NCBI GenBank assembly: GCA_964567555.1
Contig: CAZMNA010000001.1
Coordinates: 88,911-152,910 of the forward strand
DNA length: 64,000 nt
Direction: 5' to 3'
Source of the DNA: an uncultured Candidatus Saccharibacteria bacterium
Lineage (GTDB): Bacteria; Patescibacteriota; Saccharimonadia; Saccharimonadales; UBA10212
Shown: positions 7,513 to 16,759 of the stretch, piece by piece
Position numbering within the stretch: the first letter of the stretch is position 1
How the letters are laid out: each line of letters begins with the position of its first letter
Translations under genes and position numbers: made by a program
Notes under the pieces: model-generated
The model's input: only the letters and a program-made list of their open reading frames with translations
Told to the model about the DNA's origin: nothing
The model's database searches: none

Positions 7513-7588
7513 GGGGGAGTAGCTCAGGGGTTAGAGCAGGCGGCTCATAACCGCTTGGTCGCAGGTTCAAATCCTGCCTCCCCCACCA
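7513..7588 (+). tRNA. tRNA with CAU anticodon, tRNA-Ile2 (lysidine)-like
   Basis: Cloverleaf GGGGGAG.../CTCCCCC-A-CCA. GAGCAGGCGGCTCATAACCGCTTGGTCGC closely resembles E. coli ileX from memory. The Ile2 versus Met assignment is inference. Confidence 0.8.
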
Positions 7589-7613
7589 AATTTATTAATA
7601 TACTTGTAGATTC

Positions 7614-8246
7614 CTAGAAGGGGCTGTTATAAAAATCTTTCCAGGCAGACCGAAGTATAAGATCCCCTGGTACGATTCCAATTATCTGATTGACTATTTG
7701 TTGCTTCAATTCTTCGATGTATTCCGGGGTTTTCATTCCTCTGGCAGCCGCTTGCTGTGACAGCACCAAACCTATACGAGCAATCAGAGAAACCACCCTC
7801 GACTCTAGCTCGGGGTCATCCCATATCTCACTCGGGCAGATTTCCTTAACAAACCTCTCCGCATCTCTTGGATTGGAAAGATGTAACTCAAGAGCATCCT
7901 TCATTACCCTAAAAGCTTCATATGCTCTGATGGCCCCGAATCGAAACTCTGATGATTCACGTTCACCCCACGTGCGATCGGCCAGCATAATCTCATTTAC
8001 ATATTGTACTGGTGAGATATTTGTATCTGTGAGACGATACAGCCCCATCAATCCCCACTCGATTTTAAACGCATTGTTGTCATGACGCTCGAACGGCCGA
8101 GTTCGGTCTATGCCTCCGGTTATCTCTGCTAAAAGTATTGATATGTCACCCTCTTGAACTTCTTCTGCCTCGACTGTAGTTCCGTCGCCTTCGCCGCCGA
8201 CTAGTCTAAGAGCGCGCTGCCGCATATCTTTTTTGAATTCGTCCAC
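7614..8246 (-). CDS. hypothetical protein (orphan, 210 aa)
   Basis: GTG start 7 nt after TAAAAT (8254-8259). Soluble and acidic, with no recognised domain. Confidence 0.55.
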   Translation of the reverse strand: MDEFKKDMRQRALRLVGGEGDGTTVEAEEVQEGDISILLAEITGGIDRTRPFERHDNNAFKIEWGLMGLYRLTDTNISPVQYVNEIMLADRTWGERESSEFRFGAIRAYEAFRVMKDALELHLSNPRDAERFVKEICPSEIWDDPELESRVVSLIARIGLVLSQQAAARGMKTPEYIEELKQQIVNQIIGIVPGDLILRSAWKDFYNSPF

Positions 8247-8359
8247 TAAGACAATTTTACACCACGGACTTAATAAGGCAGCGCTGGAGATAAGATTAAC
8301 CGAGGGCTAAGCCGAGTAGGTCCGCTAGTGGTTGCTGGTGCTCCAAAACAAGAAGCGAC

Positions 8360-9307
8360 CTAGCGGTTGGCCAGCAGTTCAAGAGCTTCATAGGGCGAGT
8401 GAGTTTTCATAAAAGCTTCGCGGAGTTGGCTAGCGCCGTCAAAGCCGTTGATATAGACCTTGCAGAATTTACGCAGGGGCTCAAACTTACGCTCGCCGTT
8501 TTTGTAGGTAGCTTGGTGCAGCTTTATATGTTTGGCAAATAGTTCTAGCTTTTGGTCTTTGCCCCACTTGCTCCACGGGCTGTGTTCAGAAAAAATAAAT
8601 GGATCGTGAAAGGCACCGCGGCCAATCATGATGCCGTCTAGCTTGTACTTTTTGGCTAAAGTTTCGGCTTGGGCACGGCTGGCAACATCGCCGTTGCCAA
8701 CAATCAACGTAGTAGGGCAGGTGTGATCGCGCATTTGCCGAGCCTTGCCAATCAAATCCCAGTCAGCCGGCGTTTTGGAGAGTTGTTTGGCTGTCCGCCC
8801 ATGAATAGTTAACATGTTAAGTTTTTGACCCAGCAGAAATTCCAGCCAGTTCGTATCTACTGTTGTAAATCCTACTCTGGTTTTAACGGATACAGGGAAG
8901 TCGGCGCCTGCCCCCTCCTGCACTGCCGCGATTATGTCAGCCGCCAGCGTCCGGTTGTTTATCAAAGCGGCGCAGGCACCATTTTTAATGACGGTTTTGA
9001 CTGGACAGCCCATATTGATGTCTACCCCTGCAAAGCCCATTTTTTTGAGTTCTTGGGTGGTTTTAAAATAATTCTCCGGCTTTAGGCCCCAGACTTGGGC
9101 AATGACCGGACCTTCTTTTTTGGATAGCCAGAGCTTGGGCATTAGCTTTTCCCTGCCCGGGCTCTGCAGACCGTCCACATTCACAAATTCTGTAAACATC
9201 AAATCCGGCGGGGCCAGTTCTGCCACAATTTGTCTAAAGACCGTGTCCGTCACATCGTCCATCGGCGCCAGCGCCAAAAACGGTTCGGGTAAATTATATA
9301 AATTCAC
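8360..9307 (-). CDS. dus: tRNA-dihydrouridine synthase
   Basis: LAPMDDVTD, DINMGCPV and TIHGRT motifs of the Dus TIM-barrel family. Confidence 0.9.
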   Translation of the reverse strand: MNLYNLPEPFLALAPMDDVTDTVFRQIVAELAPPDLMFTEFVNVDGLQSPGREKLMPKLWLSKKEGPVIAQVWGLKPENYFKTTQELKKMGFAGVDINMGCPVKTVIKNGACAALINNRTLAADIIAAVQEGAGADFPVSVKTRVGFTTVDTNWLEFLLGQKLNMLTIHGRTAKQLSKTPADWDLIGKARQMRDHTCPTTLIVGNGDVASRAQAETLAKKYKLDGIMIGRGAFHDPFIFSEHSPWSKWGKDQKLELFAKHIKLHQATYKNGERKFEPLRKFCKVYINGFDGASQLREAFMKTHSPYEALELLANR

Positions 9308-9313
9308 GGCTGT

Positions 9314-10396
9314 TTATTGGCCACCACGTGCTGCCCGAACCGATTCATCAGTTGAATCTTGGAAATGGGCAGTATACGGACGCTGGCGTCTGGGCGGTGG
9401 CGGCTCGGCTAAGGCTCTGCGGATAGCCATTTCCCTGATCTCTTCGGCATAGGCAATTTCTGGCGGAATAAACTCTGGGAACTCGCGCCATATTGTCTCC
9501 AACTTTTCTTTTTGAGGCATGCCGGCTTGGTCTAGATATTCCCAGCGCTCTGCGTAAGCTTTCCGCCTAGCTTCTAAATCTTGTTGCTCATCTTTGGACA
9601 TCAATGCCTCATAGCGGGCCTCCCCTTCTAGCTCAGGTTCAGCAACTGACGTACCAGATTCGTTGGCTACTTCAGTAGTGCTAGCCATAGCTACCTGGCC
9701 CGCCGGGTTCGGTGCGGTATTACATTCAACTGTCCAGTAGCCATCGTGCAGGATTGCTTCGTCAAGCACTTGCATATATAAATCAGCTACAAGGTCTTTT
9801 AACGATTCGCTGCTGTCTGCTAAACGTGCTGAAGCCACCATCAGCCCACGGAAAAAGTCTCGGCGTTCTTGATACTGCTTCTTTCCATCCTTCGTTGTTC
9901 TATCGGGCCACTCTAACCTTGCCCAGCATTCCCGAGCTAGCAAGTTGTCGCCTAAGGCATAAAGCAGGTCATAGTTATGGAGCACTTGCCGGAAGTTAAT
10001 GCCTTGTGTGTTTATACCCAAGTTTAGGGTTCCCAGATTTTTGCGAGAACTTTTCCAATACCCCTCGAGGGCTCGTAAACTTTTGCGGGCACCACCGTGG
10101 TGGGTGATGGTATAGGCTTCGCCAGGAGACTGGGGACGCCAATCAGTAAACTCGTGGCTTTTATATTTATCCCGCAAATGCGGACTGGCTTTCACCGCTA
10201 CAGGGCCTGTATTGGAATGTAAGACACCTTTTACCATATCCACCTTTAAGCCGTCTTTGTAGCCCGGACTATACTCATCCAGGCTCCCGCCCTCCATTGT
10301 CTGGTGCCAAAAATGCGCCTCGTATCGGCTTGCCTCTTCGGCGCGAAGAGCTTCTTCGGCCTCAAGTCCCGGGCTGGCTGGGGGTATTTCAATCAT
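9314..10396 (-). CDS. hypothetical protein (orphan, 360 aa)
   Basis: ATGA overlap with the ruvA stop, and 6 nt before the dus start. Glu/Arg-rich termini and no recognised domain. Confidence 0.6.
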   Translation of the reverse strand: MIEIPPASPGLEAEEALRAEEASRYEAHFWHQTMEGGSLDEYSPGYKDGLKVDMVKGVLHSNTGPVAVKASPHLRDKYKSHEFTDWRPQSPGEAYTITHHGGARKSLRALEGYWKSSRKNLGTLNLGINTQGINFRQVLHNYDLLYALGDNLLARECWARLEWPDRTTKDGKKQYQERRDFFRGLMVASARLADSSESLKDLVADLYMQVLDEAILHDGYWTVECNTAPNPAGQVAMASTTEVANESGTSVAEPELEGEARYEALMSKDEQQDLEARRKAYAERWEYLDQAGMPQKEKLETIWREFPEFIPPEIAYAEEIREMAIRRALAEPPPPRRQRPYTAHFQDSTDESVRAARGGQ

Positions 10397-10968
10397 GCGT
10401 TTTTGAGGGCGGCTTTGATGCGCTCTTCTGGTTTTAGTTTTTTATTTATTTTGGCTAGAGCTTCGGCAGCATCGTTGACGCTGTATCCCAAAGCCACCAG
10501 TCCTTGCAGGGCTTCATCATTTGGATTGGCAGTAGCAGACAAAAATTCTGTGGCGGATTCGCTAGCGGCTAGGCCAACTTTGTCTTTCAGGTCCACCACT
10601 ACACGCTCGGCTACGCGCTTACCCACCCCGGGGGCTTGGGAAATAAACTTGGTATCGCCGCCGGCGATGGCTGAGCGGACGTGCGCAGCGCTGGCCACGG
10701 ACAAAATGGCCAGTGCCATCTTGGGGCCCACGCCATTGACACTCAAAAGCTGTTCAAACAAAGCTTTGTTCTCCAGTTTAGTAAAGCCATATAAATCATG
10801 GGCGTTCTCACGAATGTGCTCATGAATATAAAGCTTGGCGGTCTGTCCCACGTTCAGCGCACCGTAATCCTCAAAGTCTACAAATACACCGTAGCCAACA
10901 CCGCTAGATTCAACGACTACCGCTTCGTTTGTCTTCTCGCTGATTTTTCCCGACAGTGTCGCAATCAT
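10393..10968 (-). CDS. ruvA: Holliday junction branch migration complex subunit RuvA
   Basis: MIATLSGKI... N-terminus, and the HhH pair LLSVNGVGPKMALAIL / ISQAPGVGKRVAERV. Confidence 0.9.
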   Translation of the reverse strand: MIATLSGKISEKTNEAVVVESSGVGYGVFVDFEDYGALNVGQTAKLYIHEHIRENAHDLYGFTKLENKALFEQLLSVNGVGPKMALAILSVASAAHVRSAIAGGDTKFISQAPGVGKRVAERVVVDLKDKVGLAASESATEFLSATANPNDEALQGLVALGYSVNDAAEALAKINKKLKPEERIKAALKNA

Positions 10969-11450
10969 GTCTTTATTTTACCCACATTTGATTGAGCATG
11001 ACAGATAGCGGCCGCCAGGGCGTCAGCACAGTCATCTGGTTTTGGAACTTCCTTGAGCCCTAACATCACGCGCACCATTTCCTGCATTTGCTTTTTGTCG
11101 GCCCGGCCGTAGCTTGTTAACGCCTGCTTAATTTGCAGGGGCGTATATTCGGCAATTTTTAAGCCGGCTTGGCGGCCGCAAAGCAGCACCACTCCGCGGG
11201 CTTGGGCAACCGTCATCGCGGTGGTCACATTTTGGGCAAAGAACAGTTTTTCTACCGCCATCTCGTCTGGTTTAGTTTGGGCAATGATGTCAGTCAATTC
11301 ATCAAAGATTGTTTCCAAGCGCACGGCATCGTCTTCCTTTACTGGTGTTCGAATAACTCCGCCGTCAACCAATTTCAGCTTCCCGGCTTCGTATTCAATG
11401 ACGCCAAAGCCTAAAATGCCGGTGCCAGGATCAATGCCGATTATTCTCAT
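10965..11450 (-). CDS. ruvC: crossover junction endodeoxyribonuclease RuvC
   Basis: MRIIGIDPGTG start with RNase-H-like fold motifs. 4-nt overlap with ruvA. Confidence 0.9.
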   Translation of the reverse strand: MRIIGIDPGTGILGFGVIEYEAGKLKLVDGGVIRTPVKEDDAVRLETIFDELTDIIAQTKPDEMAVEKLFFAQNVTTAMTVAQARGVVLLCGRQAGLKIAEYTPLQIKQALTSYGRADKKQMQEMVRVMLGLKEVPKPDDCADALAAAICHAQSNVGKIKT

Positions 11451-12267
11451 TTTTTGCGCTTTCTAACACCGACTTTATAGTTTCCGAGAGATATGCGTGA
11501 AGCTTCGGAGCCGCCGCCAGAATCCCGTTTGCCTCCTTGTCCCATCTCTTTACGGCGTTGCCGAACAGGTCTGTGACTTTAGCGCCGGCCTCCATCGCTA
11601 TCAAACTGCCGGCCGCGACATCCCACGGAGTTTTTATGCTACTGACAAGGCCATCAACTCTACCTGAACCGGTAATGGCCAACCCGTAAGCAATCGGTAA
11701 ATCAATTTCATCAATTCTACCCGTCTGGGCATAGGCCCCTGCAGTTTCACCGTGGACCGACTTATCTGAGAAAATGGAATTTTCAATTCCTCCCACAACC
11801 CACGACGAAATTAGTAGATTGTCGGTCAGGTTTTTATCTGTTATATCAAGCTTCTTACCGTTCTCAAAAGCACCTTGGCCAATCGTTGCCCAAAGCAGTC
11901 GTTTGGTTATAGGGTCATAAACCACTCCGACCCGTAGCTGACCGTCTTCCACTAAGGCCGCGCTGAAAGCAAACGGTGGGATACCTATAGCAAAGCTGTA
12001 AGTCCCATCCAGCGGATCCACAATCCACATGACGTCTTTGTCCAGACCAAAGCTGTCTTCTTCCCCCATCACGCCGTGGTCTGGATAGCGCGATTTGACC
12101 CACTGAACTACGAGTTCATTTATTTCTGTATCAGCTTGGGTGACAGGAGAGTTGTCCGATTTTATCTCCAGTCCCATCTCTTCGGCCAGGAAATATTTTT
12201 TCATAATTCTTCCTGCATCTTCGGCTAGTGATTTGGCAAATTCTAGGTATTCGTCATTATCTTTCAC
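11431..12267 (-). CDS. inositol monophosphatase family protein
   Basis: WIVDPLDGT and WDVAAG motifs. Confidence 0.85.
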   Translation of the reverse strand: MKDNDEYLEFAKSLAEDAGRIMKKYFLAEEMGLEIKSDNSPVTQADTEINELVVQWVKSRYPDHGVMGEEDSFGLDKDVMWIVDPLDGTYSFAIGIPPFAFSAALVEDGQLRVGVVYDPITKRLLWATIGQGAFENGKKLDITDKNLTDNLLISSWVVGGIENSIFSDKSVHGETAGAYAQTGRIDEIDLPIAYGLAITGSGRVDGLVSSIKTPWDVAAGSLIAMEAGAKVTDLFGNAVKRWDKEANGILAAAPKLHAYLSETIKSVLESAKNENNRH

Positions 12268-12911
12268 TTCAAAATCTCCGTTTTGTCGCCATTGATAGTA
12301 ATTACTTGCCCATCGCTTATCTTTTTGTATGGCAGTTTCTTTTTCTCATAGTAATCAATCATCGACTGCGGGCCGTTGCCAAATTCTTTGTTGCCAACAT
12401 GTGGAACTATATAAAAATTAATTAGATCTAGGCCCTCCCAGATAATTTCTGGTGTGTAATTCTTAGGCACTATATTGGGTTTATCGTCCTCCCCCCAGTC
12501 TCCACCTTTAAGATCTGGAGCCATTATCATCGCGCCTGCGCTCCAACCGCCGTAAAGAATTTCGTCATTTTTTAGCAAGTCAATGAGTAGCTTATCTAGA
12601 CCGCTGGCGGCAAAGGCTCGCCTGAGAATAAAAACATTTCCCCCGGAGGACCAGAACGACCCCGCAGAAGCCAACTTTTCAGCAAGTTTGTTGGTTCTTT
12701 TCCCAAAGTAATCCCGAAGGTCGATTTCTTCAAGTTCAAAGCCAACTGCTTTGAACATTTTTTTCTTTTCAGGAGTGCTCCCATTTCTCTCCGTTGGTGG
12801 GTAGTGATCCTGGGCATTTTTTATATATAAAGCTTTGTTATTATTGCCGGCCATCTTAGCGGCGACGTCAGCGTAGTTACCGAGATCTTGAGATGAGAGA
12901 AACAGGCGCAT
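12264..12911 (-). CDS. peptidase S51 / type-1 glutamine-amidotransferase-like protein
   Basis: GGWSAGAM nucleophile-elbow motif and an overall peptidase-E-like layout. Confidence 0.65.
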   Translation of the reverse strand: MRLFLSSQDLGNYADVAAKMAGNNNKALYIKNAQDHYPPTERNGSTPEKKKMFKAVGFELEEIDLRDYFGKRTNKLAEKLASAGSFWSSGGNVFILRRAFAASGLDKLLIDLLKNDEILYGGWSAGAMIMAPDLKGGDWGEDDKPNIVPKNYTPEIIWEGLDLINFYIVPHVGNKEFGNGPQSMIDYYEKKKLPYKKISDGQVITINGDKTEILK

Positions 12912-12913
12912 GG

Positions 12914-13645
12914 TTACATCTCTATGCTTTCGGCGATATCAAAATTGGTGTGGGTGGCAGTAACTTCGTCAATATCTTCCAGAGCGTCCATCAGGTTCAT
13001 CACTTTGCGGGCGGTTTCTTTGTCGCTCACTTCTAGTGCGTTTTGAGGCACGTAGCTCAGCTCGGCATCAGTGACTTCTTGGCTGGCTTGGCTGAGTGTA
13101 TCACGGACTTTGGCTAGCTCACCCGGCGCGGTGTGGACAACCGTTTCACCGGTTTCGGATTCTTCAAAGACATCCTCAGCGCCGCCATCAATCGCCGCCA
13201 TGGTTACTTCGTCGCCAATGCCTTTGAGGCGGATAACACCTTTGTGGGCAAAATTATAAGCCACGGCCCCGGCTTCGGCCATGTTGCCGCCGTTTTTAGA
13301 AAACGCACTGCGGACTTCCGGATAGGTGCGGTTTTTATTATCTGTTGCCACCTCAACTAAAATGGCTACGCCGCCGGGGCCATAGCCCTCATACATAATT
13401 TCTTCCAGCGCGGCAGCAGATTTGTCGGCCGCGCGAGCAATGGAGCGCTCAATATTTGTATTTGGCATGCTGGCCTTCTTGGCCTTTTCAATAACCATAG
13501 CCAGACCGGAATTAGTAGCCGGATCAGTTCCACTCCGAGCGGCTATGGCAATTTGGTTGCCAAGCTTGGTAAAAAGAGCGCCTCGCCTGGCGTCATTAAT
13601 ACCTTTTTGCCGTTTGATTGTGCTCCACTTAGAATGCCCGCTCAT
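12914..13645 (-). CDS. YebC/PmpR family DNA-binding transcriptional regulator
   Basis: MSGHSKWSTIKRQKG N-terminus, diagnostic of the YebC family. Confidence 0.9.
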   Translation of the reverse strand: MSGHSKWSTIKRQKGINDARRGALFTKLGNQIAIAARSGTDPATNSGLAMVIEKAKKASMPNTNIERSIARAADKSAAALEEIMYEGYGPGGVAILVEVATDNKNRTYPEVRSAFSKNGGNMAEAGAVAYNFAHKGVIRLKGIGDEVTMAAIDGGAEDVFEESETGETVVHTAPGELAKVRDTLSQASQEVTDAELSYVPQNALEVSDKETARKVMNLMDALEDIDEVTATHTNFDIAESIEM

Positions 13646-13649
13646 GCCC

Positions 13650-15077
13650 TTATTCTAACACTTTTAAGGTGTTGGCGGCCTGTTTGACCCTGGTCTTGTG
13701 GTGCGCCACGGCCAATACAAAAAGCACTAAGGCGTAAAAGACAAGCATGTAGCTGGTGCTGAGGGAGGCGTGAACCAAGGCAGACGGAATCTTCGCCAGC
13801 AAATGAACGATGTCCAGCATATAGGTCAACAGTATGGAGGCGGGCCACGCCAACCAGCCGCCAATTTGGGGAATAATCATGCCCGCAAACCCAGCCACCG
13901 CACTGGCCAGCATGGCTACAGGCACCAGCGGCACTACAATTAAATTAGCCAGCAGCGCCACGAGCGACAACTGGCTAAAGCTAAGCATGATTAACGGCAG
14001 AGTCATAATTTCCGCAGAAAAAGTTTCTAATAACACCGAAGTTATAATTTTTGGTTTGCGTTTAAACAGCCGGGCTTGAATAACCGGCGCGATGATTAAA
14101 ATGCCAAAGAATGCTAAGAAAGATAAATACCAGCTTAAATCGCCCCAAACATAAAATGGGTTGATTAGTCCTGTTAAGGCTGCGGCAAATGCCAGCAAAA
14201 CTATCGGCCTGAAGGTCCGGCCAAAATACCAAGCCCACAGCCCCAGTACGCTAACAACCGCTGCCCGCACGATTGAAGCACTAAAGCCGGTCACCGCTAA
14301 AAAGCCGGCAATTAAAACAAGGCTCGCCAACAGTTTTTGATATTTGCTGCGCAGCCGCAGCCTCTCTACCGCCCTTACCAAAATTGTTAGGTTATAGCCA
14401 CTCACAGCCACTATGTGGACCAGGCCAACAGCTGTGAGCTCGGCAGTTACGACGGCTGGAATGTTTACCCTCTGGCCGGCCAACAATCCCATAGCAAAAC
14501 TGGCTACTGGTTCCGGCAATACATTCTGCAGCCCAGCCGCAAAGCGGCGTGAAAAATCAGCAAACCAATTTACGCCTGGCTTGATAAGGTTGAGCTGAGC
14601 ATAGGCGATGCGGGCTTGGTTAGAGCCGCGCATTGGGTAAAGCTTGCCGGACGCGGTAACTTCATCTCCGCGGTATACGGCCTTGAGTCCAAAGCCGCTG
14701 ATTTTAAATGAACCGGCCAACCGCCGGCCGGTTGGCAAAAGTTTGGCTTTGCCGGCAGTAAACTCCAGTTGGTTAGCGGTTGAATAAATTCCGTCAGAAG
14801 TGGCTTGGACTTGCACAGAAACTTTTTGGCCGCTTAAATTTTTGAGCTCGGCTAGTTTTTGCATATAAATGCTGCCGCGCCATAGGCCCATACCCAGCCC
14901 AAGCAAAATAACTAATATCAAAGCGGCGACGTTTTTCTTTTTAAGGATAAAAAGCAGCGGCCAGAGTATCAAGACAGCTTCAGCTGGTAAAAATTGGGCC
15001 TTGCGGGCAAAGCCTATGCCGGTAAGAATTGAAAAGCAAAAAACAGCAATCAGTGTGGTCCGCCGAAAAGTCCGCAT
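13650..15077 (-). CDS. comEC: ComEC/Rec2 family competence membrane protein (no beta-lactamase domain)
   Basis: Polytopic. The AVSGYNLTIL motif of the competence domain is present. At 475 aa the C-terminal MBL domain is absent. Confidence 0.8.
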   Translation of the reverse strand: MRTFRRTTLIAVFCFSILTGIGFARKAQFLPAEAVLILWPLLFILKKKNVAALILVILLGLGMGLWRGSIYMQKLAELKNLSGQKVSVQVQATSDGIYSTANQLEFTAGKAKLLPTGRRLAGSFKISGFGLKAVYRGDEVTASGKLYPMRGSNQARIAYAQLNLIKPGVNWFADFSRRFAAGLQNVLPEPVASFAMGLLAGQRVNIPAVVTAELTAVGLVHIVAVSGYNLTILVRAVERLRLRSKYQKLLASLVLIAGFLAVTGFSASIVRAAVVSVLGLWAWYFGRTFRPIVLLAFAAALTGLINPFYVWGDLSWYLSFLAFFGILIIAPVIQARLFKRKPKIITSVLLETFSAEIMTLPLIMLSFSQLSLVALLANLIVVPLVPVAMLASAVAGFAGMIIPQIGGWLAWPASILLTYMLDIVHLLAKIPSALVHASLSTSYMLVFYALVLFVLAVAHHKTRVKQAANTLKVLE

Positions 15078-15121
15078 TAATTATGTTTACCAAAAAGCGG
15101 ACAATAAATTAATTGCTTAAG

Positions 15122-16072
15122 CTATTTTGGCGCAGCGGTCAGTTCTTTAATTTTATTAAAGGTTTCGGTTATTTGCGCACCGCTGGTCGGTAAGATATCG
15201 CGCAAACTTGGTAACACTAAGTTAACGCCATCACTCAGCCACCGGAGCTCGCTTCCCTTTAATTTTTCGGCCAGCCATCGTTTGGGGGCTGGGTGACGCC
15301 TGACGCTGGATGTGAATCCCCGGTCTCTTTCCTCCTCGGGTAATATCAAGTCCAGGCCAGAAATTATTTCGGGAGCAATTACAGCAAAAGTACTTTGATT
15401 TGGAAGGCTTACTCCGTTTTTTAATTCTGCCGGTAGCAGGATCTCTACTAGTGGCGGGCGCTGGTTTTGTTTAAGAATCTCGTCTATCGTCTGACGAATT
15501 GCCCTACCGGCGTCTATTGCGCTTACTTCCGTGGAACGCCTGGCCCGGGCATTTTCAATAGCACCAAGTCTAATCGCCCGTGATAAAAAGATAGCCTCGT
15601 TTATAAATTCCTGACGCGGATTATCCAAATTGGATAATCCCTCGACATACGCCTCCGCTTTTGGCAACACGGCCCCAGCATCGGACAGGGCATTTGCTGC
15701 TCTTTGCGAAAATTCGCTATTGATCCTTTTATTGATTGTCCGGCGCAGTGGTACGCCCACAGCTACGACGCTGCTAGCCACGGCCAACCTATCCAGAGCC
15801 CTCAGTTTGGGTATTTTTTTAATCAGAGCCCTGTAACGCTGGACATCCTGCTCGGTAGCTTCGCCCGCGGCGGCCTTTTCGATAAGTGGAAACAGGCGAA
15901 CGCCTACTTCGGCATTTCTGCTAAACTGATATGCTCCTCGGCTATAACGCGGTGATGCAAGGTTTAGAAACCCTACCCCCTTCGATAAATCCACAATCGC
16001 TTTGGTTGGAACTCCATAAATCGCTTCGGGCGCTTTGGGTGGCTTTGGGTCAAAAAAATTATAGTTTTTCAC
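15122..16072 (-). CDS. hypothetical protein (orphan, 316 aa)
   Basis: GTG start. Soluble, Ala/Arg-rich and helical-looking. No recognised domain. Confidence 0.55.
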   Translation of the reverse strand: MKNYNFFDPKPPKAPEAIYGVPTKAIVDLSKGVGFLNLASPRYSRGAYQFSRNAEVGVRLFPLIEKAAAGEATEQDVQRYRALIKKIPKLRALDRLAVASSVVAVGVPLRRTINKRINSEFSQRAANALSDAGAVLPKAEAYVEGLSNLDNPRQEFINEAIFLSRAIRLGAIENARARRSTEVSAIDAGRAIRQTIDEILKQNQRPPLVEILLPAELKNGVSLPNQSTFAVIAPEIISGLDLILPEEERDRGFTSSVRRHPAPKRWLAEKLKGSELRWLSDGVNLVLPSLRDILPTSGAQITETFNKIKELTAAPK

Positions 16073-16132
16073 AAATACTGGAGGTCCTTAGTGTTAATCA
16101 TTGTAACTAAATTGCAGCAAAAACCAGTACCA

Positions 16133-16375
16133 TTATTTGGCAAATAGTTGAATAATTGCGATTAGAGCAATAACCGCCCAAACTGCGTTTAAAATGGCGG
16201 GCTGTTTATCCTTTTTTGATGCGGCCTCTAGCACAATCCCTAAAGCACCGGTAAGATTTAGTATTTGATAAAGATAGCTCTTCGTAGCAATGACATTAAA
16301 GCTCACTAGAGCATACGCCATTAAGATAGCCGAGACTCCGTACCAGCCGAAATATGAAATTGCTCTAGTTTTCAT
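16133..16375 (-). CDS. small 3-TM membrane protein
   Basis: 80 aa with three hydrophobic helices. Family not confidently recognised. Confidence 0.6.
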   Translation of the reverse strand: MKTRAISYFGWYGVSAILMAYALVSFNVIATKSYLYQILNLTGALGIVLEAASKKDKQPAILNAVWAVIALIAIIQLFAK

Positions 16376-16453
16376 AAAGATATCATAACAAAAGAGCCGA
16401 AGCTGTTAGTTGCAATAGTTTTCAGTTAGGTATCAAAACGGGGGGGGTTGCTT

Positions 16454-16531
16454 GGAGGGCCCAGTGGGATTTGAACCCACGACACGTAGCTTAAAAGGCT
16501 ACTGCTCTAACCAGGCTGAGCTATGGGCCCA
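16454..16531 (-). tRNA. tRNA-Lys (UUU)
   Basis: Reverse complement GGGCCCATAGCTCAG...CTTTTAA...GGGTTCAAATCCCACTGGGCCCTCCA, a full cloverleaf with encoded CCA. Confidence 0.95.
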
Positions 16532-16759
16532 TCGTCACGACTCGCGCTTTTGTCTCGTTTTACCAGTTGGTAAAAGCTTCAACTTTAAGCTATGTCGCTC
16601 CTCTCAATTTCGCAAACGGTCACTAGCACCCCGATTTGCAAAATTGGAAAAGAAAACAAAGTACAATTAACCTCTGTTATTATCTGTTTTTTGGCTTAAA
16701 AAATCAAACCCCTTCACCTTAGGGTTGATTTAATACTATATCTGTGTTGTTATTTTTGT

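Noticed and set aside
16452-16670. 72-aa + strand ORF
   Set aside because: It starts inside, and antisense to, a perfect tRNA-Lys(UUU) gene.
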